IMG/VR virus record: IMGVR_UViG_2832142748_000002
Coordinates: 1-64,000 of that record
Direction: 5' to 3' (one strand)
Origin: a virus
Lineage: Duplodnaviria; Caudoviricetes
DNA: 64,000 nt
This document shows positions 35,825-45,486 of the stretch, piece after piece; positions within the stretch are counted from its first letter, which is position 1, and every line of letters starts with the position of its first letter. Made by a program: the position numbers and the translations under genes. The notes under the pieces are model-generated. The model had not been told where the DNA came from. It searched no databases and was given only the letters and a program-made list of their open reading frames with translations.

Positions 35825-38305
35825 TTACGGAGGAGGCGTGGACGAAATCCCCAGGGTAAGGGTGGCAGGCACCGTGGGCACGGACACCACGAGGACGCTC
35901 GCCGCGCTGGTGCTGTAGTTGCCCGAGGTGTCGATGGCCTTCACGTGCACCAGCTGGTTGGTGCCCGGCGCCGGCAGGGCCCATTCGTAGGTGGTGGCTC
36001 GCACCTTGCCGATGAGGCTGCCCACCTCCCAGCTGCTGCCGTAGCGCAGCTCGTAGGTGTCCCGGTCCAGGTCCGGCACCTCCGCCCAGCGCAACGTCGC
36101 GGTGCTTCCGTTGAGGACGCAGGTGAGGCCCGTCACGTTGGAGGGAGGGGCCGCCTTGCCCACCACGGTGTGGCTGGCCGAGGCGTAGGTGGTGACGAGG
36201 CCGTTGAGGACGGCGGCCACCTGGACGGTGTACTCGCCCGGCAGGCAGTCCTGGAGCTCCCAGAAGTGCGTCTGCACCGGTGGCTCCGACGTCCAGTTGC
36301 CGCCCTCGCGCCGCCAGCGCACGCGGTACTCCGTGGCCGTGGCCACCTGCGTCCAGCGGGCCGTCACCATGACCTTCACGCCACCATTCGTCGTCTTGTA
36401 CAGCGACTCGCCCACCGCGAGGCCCGCAGGTGGCGCGGACGAGGGCAGCACGGACGTGGGCAAGGGCTGCAGCTTCACGCCGTGCTCCACCTCCGCGTAC
36501 TTCCCCGGCTCGTGGCGCAGGGCGGTGATTTCGTAGAGGTGCGGCTCCACCTCCGCGACGTTGAGGATGCGCCAGAGGGTGGGCGTCAAGTCGGACGCGG
36601 CCAGCACCCAGACGGCCTGGGGCTGGGGCGCGGCCGAGAAGGGCGTGGCCACCGTGAGGGCCCGGTACGGCGCCGGCGCGAGCGCGGCCAGCGGGCGCTC
36701 CTCCACGGTGCCGTCCGGCAGCACCGCGGAGAGGGCGTACGTCTTCCCTGCTTCCAGGGTGACGTCCGCGTCGAGCTCCACCTGGCTGGCGGTGGCGGCC
36801 ACCACGCGCCCGCCCCACCTGCGCCCGGCGCGGTATGGGTCCTGGAGCTTCACCACGGCGCCGGGGTTGCGCATGGCGCCCTCGAAGCCGGTGCGGAACG
36901 TCACCGTCTCCGTCTCCAGCCTCTCGGTGAGGAGCAGCCACCGGCCCACGCGCTGCGCCTGGCCCCGGGAGGTGCAGCCGAGCGCCACCACCTCGGTGGG
37001 GTTGTAGCCGTAGGTGGCGAGGCCCTCTTCGTCGGTGACGTACTCCTGGGCCACCTTGAAGTGGTTGTCCGGGTCGTTCCAGCTGACGAGGGCCACCGTG
37101 TGGCGTGCGCGCTTGCCGCTGGAGGCATACGTGAAGAGGCCCTCCACCACGTTGGCCGGCGTGAAGAGGTACTCGGCGTCGCGCGGCGCGTCCTGGGCGA
37201 CGAAGACGGCGCCGGAGGCCCAGTACGTCATGCCGCGGAAGACGGACGCGAGGTTGTTGATGACCTTGTACGCGTCCTCCTGCGTCTGGAGGTAGAGGTT
37301 GCAGCGGAAGCGCGGCTCCATGCCGCCCTTCCCGTCCGGCACCAACTCGTCGCAGTACTTCCCCACCGTGTAGAGGCCCCATTTGTCCACGGCGGCCTCG
37401 TTGAGGTAGCGGCCCAGGCCGTAGCGCTTCGTCGTCAGCAAGTCGTAGAAGCACCAGGCCGGGTTGTCCGTCCAGGCCACCTTCCACGTGCCGTCCCAGG
37501 TGCCCTCGTACGTCCGGGCCACGGGGTTGTAGTTGCTGGGCACGCGCACCCGCAGCCCGCGAATCCGGTAGCTGCGCGTGGGGATGCTGCTGAACTGGCT
37601 CGCCGGCACCTGCAGCGCGCAGAGGGCGGTGTTGGGGAAGGAGAGCTTCTCGTCCAGCAGCGTTGCGTAGGACTTCCAGAGGACCTTGTTCTGCTTCGTG
37701 ACGCTGTCGGCCTCCTCGCTGACGCGCGTGACGCGGATGTCCCACGGGGGCGAGCCCGTCAGCTCCACGCGGAAGGTGCGCTCGTAGGGGCTGGTGCACT
37801 TCCCGCGGAAGAGCTCCGCGCCCTGGAAGGACTGCTCCACGTAGCCGCCGCCGTTGCTCTGCACGGCGATGGAGACGAGGACGCGGGTGGGCAGCAGGTC
37901 GCCCGTCGTCGGATCCTGGTAGGTGAGCTGGGGCGCCTGGAGGGTGACGCGCACGGCGTCCACCCCCGGGTCCGTCACGGTGCGCACCACCGGGGTTGCG
38001 TGCTTCACCTCCACGCCCACGGAGTACTCCGCCTCGCCGGACGGGAAGCCGGGGATGTACTCCTGGGACTGCGTGCCGCGCACGTCGTAGACGGTGACGC
38101 CGGTGAAGTTGAAGGTGCCGTCGGGATTCTGGATGGCGACGCCGTCCAGGTAGACGGACTTCAGCCCGTCGACGAGGCCCTGAATCTCCCCCTCGCACAG
38201 CAGGTCCAACACGCGCGCCTTGGAGCTGGACTTCAACGTGTTCGGAGACTCGACGGGCGTCCGCTGGGCGCCGCCCTCCCCCTTGCCGCCGCTGCTGCCA
38301 CCCAT
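35825..38305 (-). CDS. Lambda gpJ-like central tail fibre / host specificity protein
   Basis: TPVESPNTLKS...DLLCEGEIQGL...AWTDNPAWCFYDLLT..RYGLG; FN3 repeats. Confidence 0.92.
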   Translation of the reverse strand: MGGSSGGKGEGGAQRTPVESPNTLKSSSKARVLDLLCEGEIQGLVDGLKSVYLDGVAIQNPDGTFNFTGVTVYDVRGTQSQEYIPGFPSGEAEYSVGVEVKHATPVVRTVTDPGVDAVRVTLQAPQLTYQDPTTGDLLPTRVLVSIAVQSNGGGYVEQSFQGAELFRGKCTSPYERTFRVELTGSPPWDIRVTRVSEEADSVTKQNKVLWKSYATLLDEKLSFPNTALCALQVPASQFSSIPTRSYRIRGLRVRVPSNYNPVARTYEGTWDGTWKVAWTDNPAWCFYDLLTTKRYGLGRYLNEAAVDKWGLYTVGKYCDELVPDGKGGMEPRFRCNLYLQTQEDAYKVINNLASVFRGMTYWASGAVFVAQDAPRDAEYLFTPANVVEGLFTYASSGKRARHTVALVSWNDPDNHFKVAQEYVTDEEGLATYGYNPTEVVALGCTSRGQAQRVGRWLLLTERLETETVTFRTGFEGAMRNPGAVVKLQDPYRAGRRWGGRVVAATASQVELDADVTLEAGKTYALSAVLPDGTVEERPLAALAPAPYRALTVATPFSAAPQPQAVWVLAASDLTPTLWRILNVAEVEPHLYEITALRHEPGKYAEVEHGVKLQPLPTSVLPSSAPPAGLAVGESLYKTTNGGVKVMVTARWTQVATATEYRVRWRREGGNWTSEPPVQTHFWELQDCLPGEYTVQVAAVLNGLVTTYASASHTVVGKAAPPSNVTGLTCVLNGSTATLRWAEVPDLDRDTYELRYGSSWEVGSLIGKVRATTYEWALPAPGTNQLVHVKAIDTSGNYSTSAASVLVVSVPTVPATLTLGISSTPPP

Positions 38306-38306
38306 G

Positions 38307-39365
38307 TCAGTCCTCCACCGTTGGGTCCGCCTTCTTCACGTTGTGGCTGAGGAGGCCGTCGGAGACGTAGGTGTGCGCGCCCGCCACGGTGAGGCGTACC
38401 ACCGGCCCGCGCTCACCGCGCGTCACCTGGCGCACCACGCCCGGCCGGGCGCCCACCAGTCGCGTGCCGGCCGCGAGGTGCCGCAGTTCCACCCAGGCGT
38501 CCTCCGTCCGCACGCGGTGGGTGCCGGTGGCCTCCAGGCGTCGGCCGTCCTCCAACTCCAGCAGCCAGCGGACGCCCTCGGCGGGCTCCGCTGCGATGAC
38601 GGGGAAGACGTCCCACTCCAGCGTCTCCTCGTCCTGGGTGCGCACCGCCATGCCCACCTGGACTTCGCCTGCCGGCACTTCCCGGCCGTCCGCCAGGAGG
38701 ATGGGCACCCACGGCGCGGGGCAGGTGCCGCCGCCAGGGGTGGTTCCGCCGACGCCCGTCTGTCCGCTGCCGCTGTTGCCCCCGAAGCCGCCGTCGGACC
38801 ACTCGGTGACGATGCCGGCGGAGACGACGCAGCTGCCCACCTCCATCTCCCCGTAGCAGATGGGCACCGGGTGGCCCTGGGCGAGCGTGTTGACGGGGCC
38901 GTTGAAGACGTAGCTGGGCTTGTTGGCGTCCTTCTCGTCAGGCCCATTCGCGGTGGGCGGGGCGAAGAGGAGCTGGGAGACGCCGCCGGCCATCAGGGAG
39001 ATGCCCGCGGTGATGAGGGGCACGCCCGCGCCGTACCCGTAGACGGAGAGGACGACGCCGGCGGCGATGAGCACCGCACCCGCCACCACCTGGAACCAGC
39101 CGGACTTCGCCCCGGCCAGCGCGGGCATGAGGGTGAGGACGCGCGCGCCGGTGGGCATGCCCAGGTCGTCCTCCCCCACGTCCCGCTTGCCCGCGAAGAC
39201 GTGGTAGCCGGGCTCGCTGTTCTCCGCGAGGTAGCGCCGGAAGCCGTCGCAGACGGCCGAGAGGGCGCGCACCGCCTCCGCAGGCGAGGGCACCGAGAGG
39301 TCCATCTTCCACACGCGCCCGAAGCGCTTCCCCAGCGGACCACCCAGGACGATGGTCGTCAGCAT
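38307..39365 (-). CDS. Lambda gpI-like tail assembly protein with an appended Hint domain
   Basis: LGGPLGKRFGR..SPAEAVRAL...FNGPVNTLAQGHPVPICYGEMEVGS; Hint C...ATGTH...LLSHN (38340-38723). Confidence 0.9.
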   Translation of the reverse strand: MLTTIVLGGPLGKRFGRVWKMDLSVPSPAEAVRALSAVCDGFRRYLAENSEPGYHVFAGKRDVGEDDLGMPTGARVLTLMPALAGAKSGWFQVVAGAVLIAAGVVLSVYGYGAGVPLITAGISLMAGGVSQLLFAPPTANGPDEKDANKPSYVFNGPVNTLAQGHPVPICYGEMEVGSCVVSAGIVTEWSDGGFGGNSGSGQTGVGGTTPGGGTCPAPWVPILLADGREVPAGEVQVGMAVRTQDEETLEWDVFPVIAAEPAEGVRWLLELEDGRRLEATGTHRVRTEDAWVELRHLAAGTRLVGARPGVVRQVTRGERGPVVRLTVAGAHTYVSDGLLSHNVKKADPTVED

Positions 39366-40090
39366 CGGGAGACGTGCCTCACGACGCGCTGGGTGATGCG
39401 CTCCCAGAAGCCGGAGTACGTCTCCCGGCCGGACAGGCGCCCCATGACGTGGTGCAGGAGGACATCCCCGCCCAGGTAGACGCCCGCGTGGTTGGGCACC
39501 GGGGCGCGCAGCTGCATAAGGAGGACGTCATGCTCGCGCAGGGCCTGGCCCGTCACATCCACGAAGCCCGCCCGGCCGAAGCCCTCCTGGTAGAGGTTGC
39601 CACCCTTCGCCCACCAGTCGTCCGGGCGCTCGAAGTCGGGCAGTGCCAGGCCCAGGCGCTCCCGGTAGTAGTCCTGGATGAGGGAGTAGCAGTCCAGGAC
39701 GCCGTGGCTGAAGGTGCGGCCCACCAGCGGCGGCCGGTAGCCGTCCGGGTACCAGAGGCACCAGTGCCCCACCGGCACGTTGAGGATAAGCCAGGGCAGG
39801 CCCCAGCGCTCCATCATCACCCGGTCCGCCTCGCTCGGCTCCGGCGCGGCGTTGGGGTGGGAGTGCACCACTGCCACCACCTCGCCATCCCCTTCCGCCC
39901 GCGCATAGTCCTCGGGCGACAGGACGAAGTGCGCCTGGCCGTCGGCGAGGTTCCGGCAGGGCCGGTACCGCTGGGCGCCTCCAACCAGCACCACGAGGCC
40001 GCAGGACTCGCGGGGATAGTCCGCCTGGGCGTGTGCGAACGCGGCGCCCAGGACGTCATCAGCCAGCGTCAGCCGGCAGGGGTCGACCAT
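39359..40090 (-). CDS. Lambda gpK-like JAB + NlpC/P60 tail assembly protein
   Basis: RESCGLVV, VHSHPNAAPEPSEAD, GVLDCYSL, NHAGVY. Confidence 0.92.
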   Translation of the reverse strand: MVDPCRLTLADDVLGAAFAHAQADYPRESCGLVVLVGGAQRYRPCRNLADGQAHFVLSPEDYARAEGDGEVVAVVHSHPNAAPEPSEADRVMMERWGLPWLILNVPVGHWCLWYPDGYRPPLVGRTFSHGVLDCYSLIQDYYRERLGLALPDFERPDDWWAKGGNLYQEGFGRAGFVDVTGQALREHDVLLMQLRAPVPNHAGVYLGGDVLLHHVMGRLSGRETYSGFWERITQRVVRHVSRC

Positions 40091-40146
40091 GCCGGCATCG
40101 TCGGCGGTAGCGTGGACGACGTCCCTTCAGACTCTGCACGCCAACA

Positions 40147-40974
40147 TCAATGCTGCATCTCGTTGATGACCGCATCCACGAACTGCAGGCGACACTCCGG
40201 AGCGGGATGTTTCGACTGCGCTTCGCCCTCATCACATCGGATTGGCAGAACCAGAGCCGGCTGCTCGCACGAAACGGAATTGATCCCGGCATCGGCAAGA
40301 TCGGCACGGGCGCGCGCAATCATCTTGGCGACAGGCGTATTGGGCGACTCGGCGAGAGCCCGGAGTTCCTCGTTCGTGACAACACCACCGTCGGCGCGCT
40401 TCATGTTTGGCCCTCTCAACCGGAGCATCAGCTGGAAAGAGCATGACTCAACGGAACGCGCGAACAGGCGCGCGCTCTCTTTATCTATTTTATCCTTCGC
40501 CTTTGGCCCGGCCCAGGCCACCCGACAGTCCTTGATGACGGGCCGCTTGAGGAGGAGGCCTCGCACTGTACCGTGGAAGGCAACAAGCTGCCCCTTCGCC
40601 AGCTCCGCGACGGCTTGCATCTGCTCGTCCGGAACAAGGCACATGACAGAGCTCATCATCTCGCCCACGTCCAGCGAGATGACGATGTTATCTGTCGCGT
40701 CCTTGGCAATGTCTTGGATGAGTCCCGTCACCTCCACCTGCTTGCTGCGGTACTTCATGTCCGCTGCCACCTCGTTCTCGGCGTAAGCCTCCCAAAGCTG
40801 GCGCGGGCCCACGAGGATGAGCCCTGGTGCGGCAGGAGCTGGAGGTGGACTGGGAGCCCTGGCGGCTGGGCCCGAGGTATCGCTGGGTGCTGCTGCCACC
40901 TGCTCCGGGGCCCGTCCCGCCTCCTGCTTGCACCCGACTACCGTCAGCACTGCAACAAGCCACCACGCGCGCAT
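40147..40974 (-). CDS. OB-fold (tRNA_anti-like) lipoprotein moron
   Basis: Lipobox VVG-C; YAENEVAADMKYRSKQVEVTGLIQDI. Confidence 0.75.
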   Translation of the reverse strand: MRAWWLVAVLTVVGCKQEAGRAPEQVAAAPSDTSGPAARAPSPPPAPAAPGLILVGPRQLWEAYAENEVAADMKYRSKQVEVTGLIQDIAKDATDNIVISLDVGEMMSSVMCLVPDEQMQAVAELAKGQLVAFHGTVRGLLLKRPVIKDCRVAWAGPKAKDKIDKESARLFARSVESCSFQLMLRLRGPNMKRADGGVVTNEELRALAESPNTPVAKMIARARADLADAGINSVSCEQPALVLPIRCDEGEAQSKHPAPECRLQFVDAVINEMQH

Positions 40975-41067
40975 CGTCCCCTCCAGTGAGACGTGGGAGG
41001 ACAGCACGGGGCACCAGAACGACGCAAGGAGTCGGGCTTGGCGGCGGGCGTCTCTGGAAAGGATGGA

Positions 41068-41580
41068 TCACACCTCCACCAGCAGAACCGCCAGGGCCAG
41101 CAGCCGCTCCCGGACGCGGGCGCGCAGGGTGGCGGCGGCGGCCACGGCACGGCGCCAGGCATTCAGCGCGGCGGACGCCTCGCGCGCCAGCTCCGCCAGC
41201 AGCAGCGGCACGGGACGACGCGACAGATTCGTGGCCTGGGCGCAGTAATCACGTGCGGGACCCGTGCGGCCCGCGCTTCGGTACAGCGTGGCCCGGCGTG
41301 CGAGTAGCTCCGCGCGGGCCTCCCCTGACGCGGCGGACACCAGCCTGCCCAGTGGCTCCAGCCGCTCTGCCTCTTCTTCCGGCGTGCCCGTGCCGGGCGG
41401 AGGCAGCAGGTCCAGCAGCGCCTGTGCCGCCCACGCGTCCAGCGGCCCCTCCGCCAGTAGGCTGCGCAGCGAATCTGCGGCGGCGCTCGCGCGGCCCAGT
41501 GCGAGGCACAGCTAGGCTAGTTCGCGGCGGGCCTGACAGCGGGCGTCGCCCGCCAGCCGGGGTCGCAGTTCCACCACGTC
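41068..41580 (-). pseudogene. Fragment A of a large myxobacterial TPR protein
   Basis: ELRPRLAGDARCQARRELA*LCLALGRA...AWAAQALLDLLPPPGTGTPEEEAERLE with an in-frame TAG. Confidence 0.6.
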
Positions 41581-41611
41581 TCCCACGCCTCGCGCAAGTT
41601 GGCAAGCCGCG

Positions 41612-42541
41612 TCAGATGACCTCGATGGTCGGCTCAGCGTCTTCACCAGTGCCAACTGCGAGAACGCTCCGCCGCCGAGCCGGGTCAGCCTTCGAGCGCT
41701 CCTTCGCAACTTTCTGAACGAGGTCAGCTCGGTGGATGGTCGCGGCCGCTTCCGCCTTCACATCGTTCACGACCACGAGGCCGCAGGACGATGAGAGGTG
41801 ACGGGGCACTCCTTTCACCTTGACCGTCTCCCCGGAGAGCGATGCCAAGGCCGCATGCAGGCGACGCCGTGCCTGTTCCAGCGGAGTCGCTGGCATCACG
41901 ACAACAACCTCATCACCGCCCTTTCTGTAGGCATCGCCCACGTCGGAGACTGCCTTTTCGAGGACATGGAAGAACGCCTTGATGGCCTCATCGCCAGTGG
42001 CGTGATCACCGTCCTCGTTGAATGCCTTGAGCCCGTTCATGTCGAGATAGGCCACAGAAACTGGCGAATCTGCCTGGATATTCATAATGGCGATCGCCAA
42101 GTCACGCTCAGCATAGCGTCCATCGTAAAGGATATCAAAAGGCTCTCGAAGCCGGGTCGCCCGAAGCTCGTCTTGCAGTCGCGCCAATTCCAGTCGACCC
42201 AGGTGGCCCATCTCCAGGCCTACAGTCTGCCCCGACAATAGCCGCCCGACAAGCAATGCCTGTTCTCGGCGGTCTTCGCTCTCCATCTGCTGGGCGAGCG
42301 TACTCGTGTATCGCATGTCGATAGAGTCATAGCCCCTTCGAGTATCGGGGCCATTGAGGATGCCGCGATGAATGAGCGACATCACCATTTGCATTTTTTT
42401 CGCGGACATGAACTCACTCCCGCCCAGAGGGAATGAAACGCTAATCCAGCGCTCCTGCTCAAATCGAGCAAGGAACTGCAACTCGCGGAAACGAGCATCA
42501 TTCACGTAGTCAGCCATGCCGGATGGGTCCTCGTGCGCCAT
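41612..42541 (-). CDS. GGDEF-domain protein (diguanylate cyclase-like) moron
   Basis: AYLDMNGLKAFNEDGDHATGD...AYRKGGDEV; novel N-terminal domain; alternative start at 42517. Confidence 0.85.
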   Translation of the reverse strand: MAHEDPSGMADYVNDARFRELQFLARFEQERWISVSFPLGGSEFMSAKKMQMVMSLIHRGILNGPDTRRGYDSIDMRYTSTLAQQMESEDRREQALLVGRLLSGQTVGLEMGHLGRLELARLQDELRATRLREPFDILYDGRYAERDLAIAIMNIQADSPVSVAYLDMNGLKAFNEDGDHATGDEAIKAFFHVLEKAVSDVGDAYRKGGDEVVVVMPATPLEQARRRLHAALASLSGETVKVKGVPRHLSSSCGLVVVNDVKAEAAATIHRADLVQKVAKERSKADPARRRSVLAVGTGEDAEPTIEVI

Positions 42542-42664
42542 ACACAGGCAGCAACGCCTGCTTTGTCAGCGAACCATAAGAGAAGAAGACAACGGGGCAG
42601 AAGCACTATCCCTTGGCCAGCGGAATGCCTCAGGGGTCTTCATGACCCGCCCGAGAAAAGAAGC

Positions 42665-43360
42665 CTACCGGATCAGCCCTACCGCCGGAAATCCCCCGTA
42701 CGGAAGCACTGCGGTAGTCCCAAAGCGCAGCTTGCAGCTTGTGAGGCGCTTCCCGCAGCGGTCCTCGGTGGCACTGGACGTCAGCGTATCGTCCAGCTTC
42801 GCTACCGGGGGCCCCGCGTAGCCGCAGCCCTCCCCCCGGTACTCCCAGGGGCACATCTGCGTGATGATGCGCAGGGGGATGCGGACGCCGTCCAGGTCGC
42901 ACTTCGCGGCCAGGCTGAACTCGATGACGTGCTTGTTCTCCACCGTCTTCTGATCCACCACGAATTCGTCGTCCGGGAAGGCATCCAGCGGCGAGGCGGT
43001 GGGGTTGACGCCCCCGGGGTAGTTCACCGCGTCCAGGTAGCGGACGAAGGTGCGCTTCCGGAGGACGCGCGCGCCCAGCAGATCGTTCAAGTCCCGCGCC
43101 ATGGCGCCGATGGTGCCGGCGACGTTGGCGAGCGTCAGGGTGGGCCGGGGCAGCCGGCCCATGCCCGACTTGTCGAAGCCCTTCACCTGGATGGCCCAGG
43201 GCTCGTACGCCATGCCCTGCCAGACGACGGGCCCGCGGAGGCCATTGGTACCCGCGTGGAAGTGGCTGACGCCCCCGCCAGGCAGGTTGGTGGCGTCCAG
43301 GACGAAGAGCTCCACGAGGGCCCCCGCGTCCAGCCTCTGGATGTCGTTGGCGATGCTCAC
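42665..43360 (-). CDS. Lambda gpL-like minor tail protein
   Basis: VELFVLD...WQG.AY.PW..PRPTLTLAN...CPWEYRGEGCGY...CGKRLTSCKLRF. Confidence 0.92.
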   Translation of the reverse strand: MSIANDIQRLDAGALVELFVLDATNLPGGGVSHFHAGTNGLRGPVVWQGMAYEPWAIQVKGFDKSGMGRLPRPTLTLANVAGTIGAMARDLNDLLGARVLRKRTFVRYLDAVNYPGGVNPTASPLDAFPDDEFVVDQKTVENKHVIEFSLAAKCDLDGVRIPLRIITQMCPWEYRGEGCGYAGPPVAKLDDTLTSSATEDRCGKRLTSCKLRFGTTAVLPYGGFPAVGLIR

Positions 43361-43944
43361 CCTGCCTCCTCCTGGAACGTCGCAGTGAAGTCGTAGGCAT
43401 TGAAGCCCTTCGCGGTGCGGTGCCACTCCTCGCACACGACGTGCGCCACCAGTTCGCCCGCGCCGGTGAAGGTGAGCGCCGCCCCAGCGGCTGGCGCCGC
43501 AGTGAAGGTGACGAGACCCGAGGCAGAGAGCACGTAGGCGGTCCCCGCCACCTGGGCGACGCCCGCCACGTAGACGGTGGGCGGCGCCGACCAGTCTGCG
43601 GCGGGCACCAGCAGATGCGGCATCTCCGGGGACAGCGGACGCTGGAGGAGCCACTGTGTCCGCGCCTCGTCTCCCACCCCGAAGGGCTGCGCGGCGACCG
43701 ACCAAGCTGTGTCCGGGGTGACGAACTCGAAGGGCTCGACGCCCGCGCGGGCGCGCAGGAAGGACTCCAGGGCGTCCGCGTCCACCTTCGTGAGGCTGGA
43801 GAACTGGAGGGCCCAGCGCCGCAGGACGGGGTTGAGTCCGTCCCCGGATCGCTGGGTGTAGCCCTCACCGAACTGCGCCTTGCGCACCCGGAGCACCGAG
43901 TCCGCCTGGGCCCCGTAGTCCGGAGTGAAGGGGAAGCGCTCCAT
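43357..43944 (-). CDS. Lambda gpM-like distal tail protein with an inserted beta domain
   Basis: VRKAQFGEGYTQRSGDGLN...FL..RAGVEPF.F; insert QPFGVGD...GLVTFTAAPAAGAALT. Confidence 0.85.
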   Translation of the reverse strand: MERFPFTPDYGAQADSVLRVRKAQFGEGYTQRSGDGLNPVLRRWALQFSSLTKVDADALESFLRARAGVEPFEFVTPDTAWSVAAQPFGVGDEARTQWLLQRPLSPEMPHLLVPAADWSAPPTVYVAGVAQVAGTAYVLSASGLVTFTAAPAAGAALTFTGAGELVAHVVCEEWHRTAKGFNAYDFTATFQEEAG

Positions 43945-44163
43945 GGCCTACCGCCCCCTTTTGGGCATCCACCTGGTCATGCGGCAGATCATTGGCGACA
44001 GCGTGGACGGTGGCCGTCGTGACTTCGAGGCAGTCCTGAAGCGCAGTCGTCCATCCTGACGCTAGGGCGGACCGCCCCTTCGCTGCATGTAAAGTCTCGC
44101 TCCTCAGGTCCTGCTCCCTAACAAGAGCGTCTCCGCCGCATTTTCCGAGTTACAGTTGCAAGG

Positions 44164-44598
44164 CTAGTATGGAATGTCCTCGTCCGAGGAAATGCCATCC
44201 TTGACTGAGACGCGGACGCAACTGTCGCAGAGTCTCTTTCCAGAGAATTCTCCCGCGCCCGGCGAAGTAACCAAGGGCCACGGGGCGGTATACGGAACAG
44301 ACTTGCGGCACTTTGCGCAAGTAACGAATTTCGCCTTTAGGCGTGATTGCTCACTCGATTTGGGGACCAATAGAAGTTCTTGAGCGGTGCCGTTGCTAAA
44401 GTGAGCGCATAGCTCATCTGCAGTGAGCCTTTTTGCGCGAACAAGATCAGCCGCACTTCGGCAGAACTCCACAACCGCCTTTAGGCAGGCGCTGCAATAG
44501 ATGACCGGGTCCTTGCCTAGTTGAATGCGCGCCCAGTCGTCCACGCGCTGGGAGCAGAATCGACAAGGAAGCTGACCGGATTTCTTCACTCGTGCCAC
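44164..44598 (-). CDS. Double zinc-finger protein (ClpX-ZBD-like first finger)
   Basis: CRFC...IYCSAC and CAKC...LCDSC; AAGGAGG RBS before GTG 44598. Confidence 0.6.
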   Translation of the reverse strand: MARVKKSGQLPCRFCSQRVDDWARIQLGKDPVIYCSACLKAVVEFCRSAADLVRAKRLTADELCAHFSNGTAQELLLVPKSSEQSRLKAKFVTCAKCRKSVPYTAPWPLVTSPGAGEFSGKRLCDSCVRVSVKDGISSDEDIPY

Positions 44599-44870
44599 GT
44601 CCCTCACCTCCTTGGCGACCCTACCAGACCGACGGGCCAAATACGTGGATCCAGCACGGATCGCACAGCCGAACTCCGAGAGCCTTCGCGCGCACCGATG
44701 TTCACCTGCTTGCCCCGTGCACCCCGCGCGATTCAAGCAGGAAGGGCGCGCGTCAAGGCTACGTCGTCCTGCGGGTCCACAAAGTCCGAAGGCGCGCAGA
44801 CTGCCGGGGTACAATCCTGCGTTCGTTATGCAACCTCGGTGTAGATGACCGAGCGAGACAGGACCATTTC

Positions 44871-45179
44871 ATGAGCGGCTTTGAAAAAGGTGGCATGTAC
44901 GATCTCACATGGAAGAAGGCCGTGACGTGGCACTCTCCGGTCTGCCAAGCCAATGCGTGCTGGCACGAGAATTCTTACAACGGAGGAGACGACTTCCTCG
45001 ATCAGCTCTTCGAAACCCAACTTCGACCGCGCGGATTCGCCCGCCATCCAATCAAGACTACTTCAGCATTGCGTCTCTCGGGACCGGGCATCAGCGCCGG
45101 GAGCACAGACGAACTGTTCTCTGCGATCCGAAAGCCTCTTCCAGCGCCGATACATCCTAGAAACGTGTCTTCGCCATGA
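44871..45179 (+). CDS. Hypothetical moron protein
   Basis: Short lower-GC ORF with an AGGA RBS-like sequence. Confidence 0.3.
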   Translation: MSGFEKGGMYDLTWKKAVTWHSPVCQANACWHENSYNGGDDFLDQLFETQLRPRGFARHPIKTTSALRLSGPGISAGSTDELFSAIRKPLPAPIHPRNVSSP

Positions 45180-45306
45180 CGGCCTTCTGCTAGCGGCCCG
45201 GAGGCATCATTACCGCTGACCGCCTGTCACAAGGAGCAGAGCGAACAGATCCGTTTCCTGGCTTGGTCGCGCAGCGCTGCCAGCGTGAAGGCCTTCCCCA
45301 GCGCCG

Positions 45307-45416
45307 CCTACCTACTCAACAAAGGTGTGCGTCATTCCACCTGGGGCCCTCTCCTCGCGCCTCACCTTGCGGACTGCGTCAAGGCGGCGGCCCAGGCGCT
45401 TCGCCTCAGCGCGCCC
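45307..45416 (-). repeat. Degenerate copy of the tape measure gene 3' end
   Basis: 45325-45380 matches 47337-47392 at 49/56 nt, then 32/35 nt after a 3-nt gap. Confidence 0.85.
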
Positions 45417-45486
45417 TCGTCGGCGCTCGCCTTGACGCTGGGGGCGCTGCGCCAGGTTCGGACCGGCGGCCGCAGTTCAGCAGCAG

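Noticed and set aside
33697-38723. Canonical splicing inteins
   Set aside because: The +1 residues are Ile and Val rather than Cys/Ser/Thr, the C-exteins are 5-10 aa and there is no endonuclease, so these were treated as BIL-like Hints.
41612-42541. Panoptes/CBASS-type cyclase-effector defence operon or Hypr cGAMP synthase
   Set aside because: No adjacent effector gene; the motif is GGDEV with the standard GD residue rather than the Hypr Ser.
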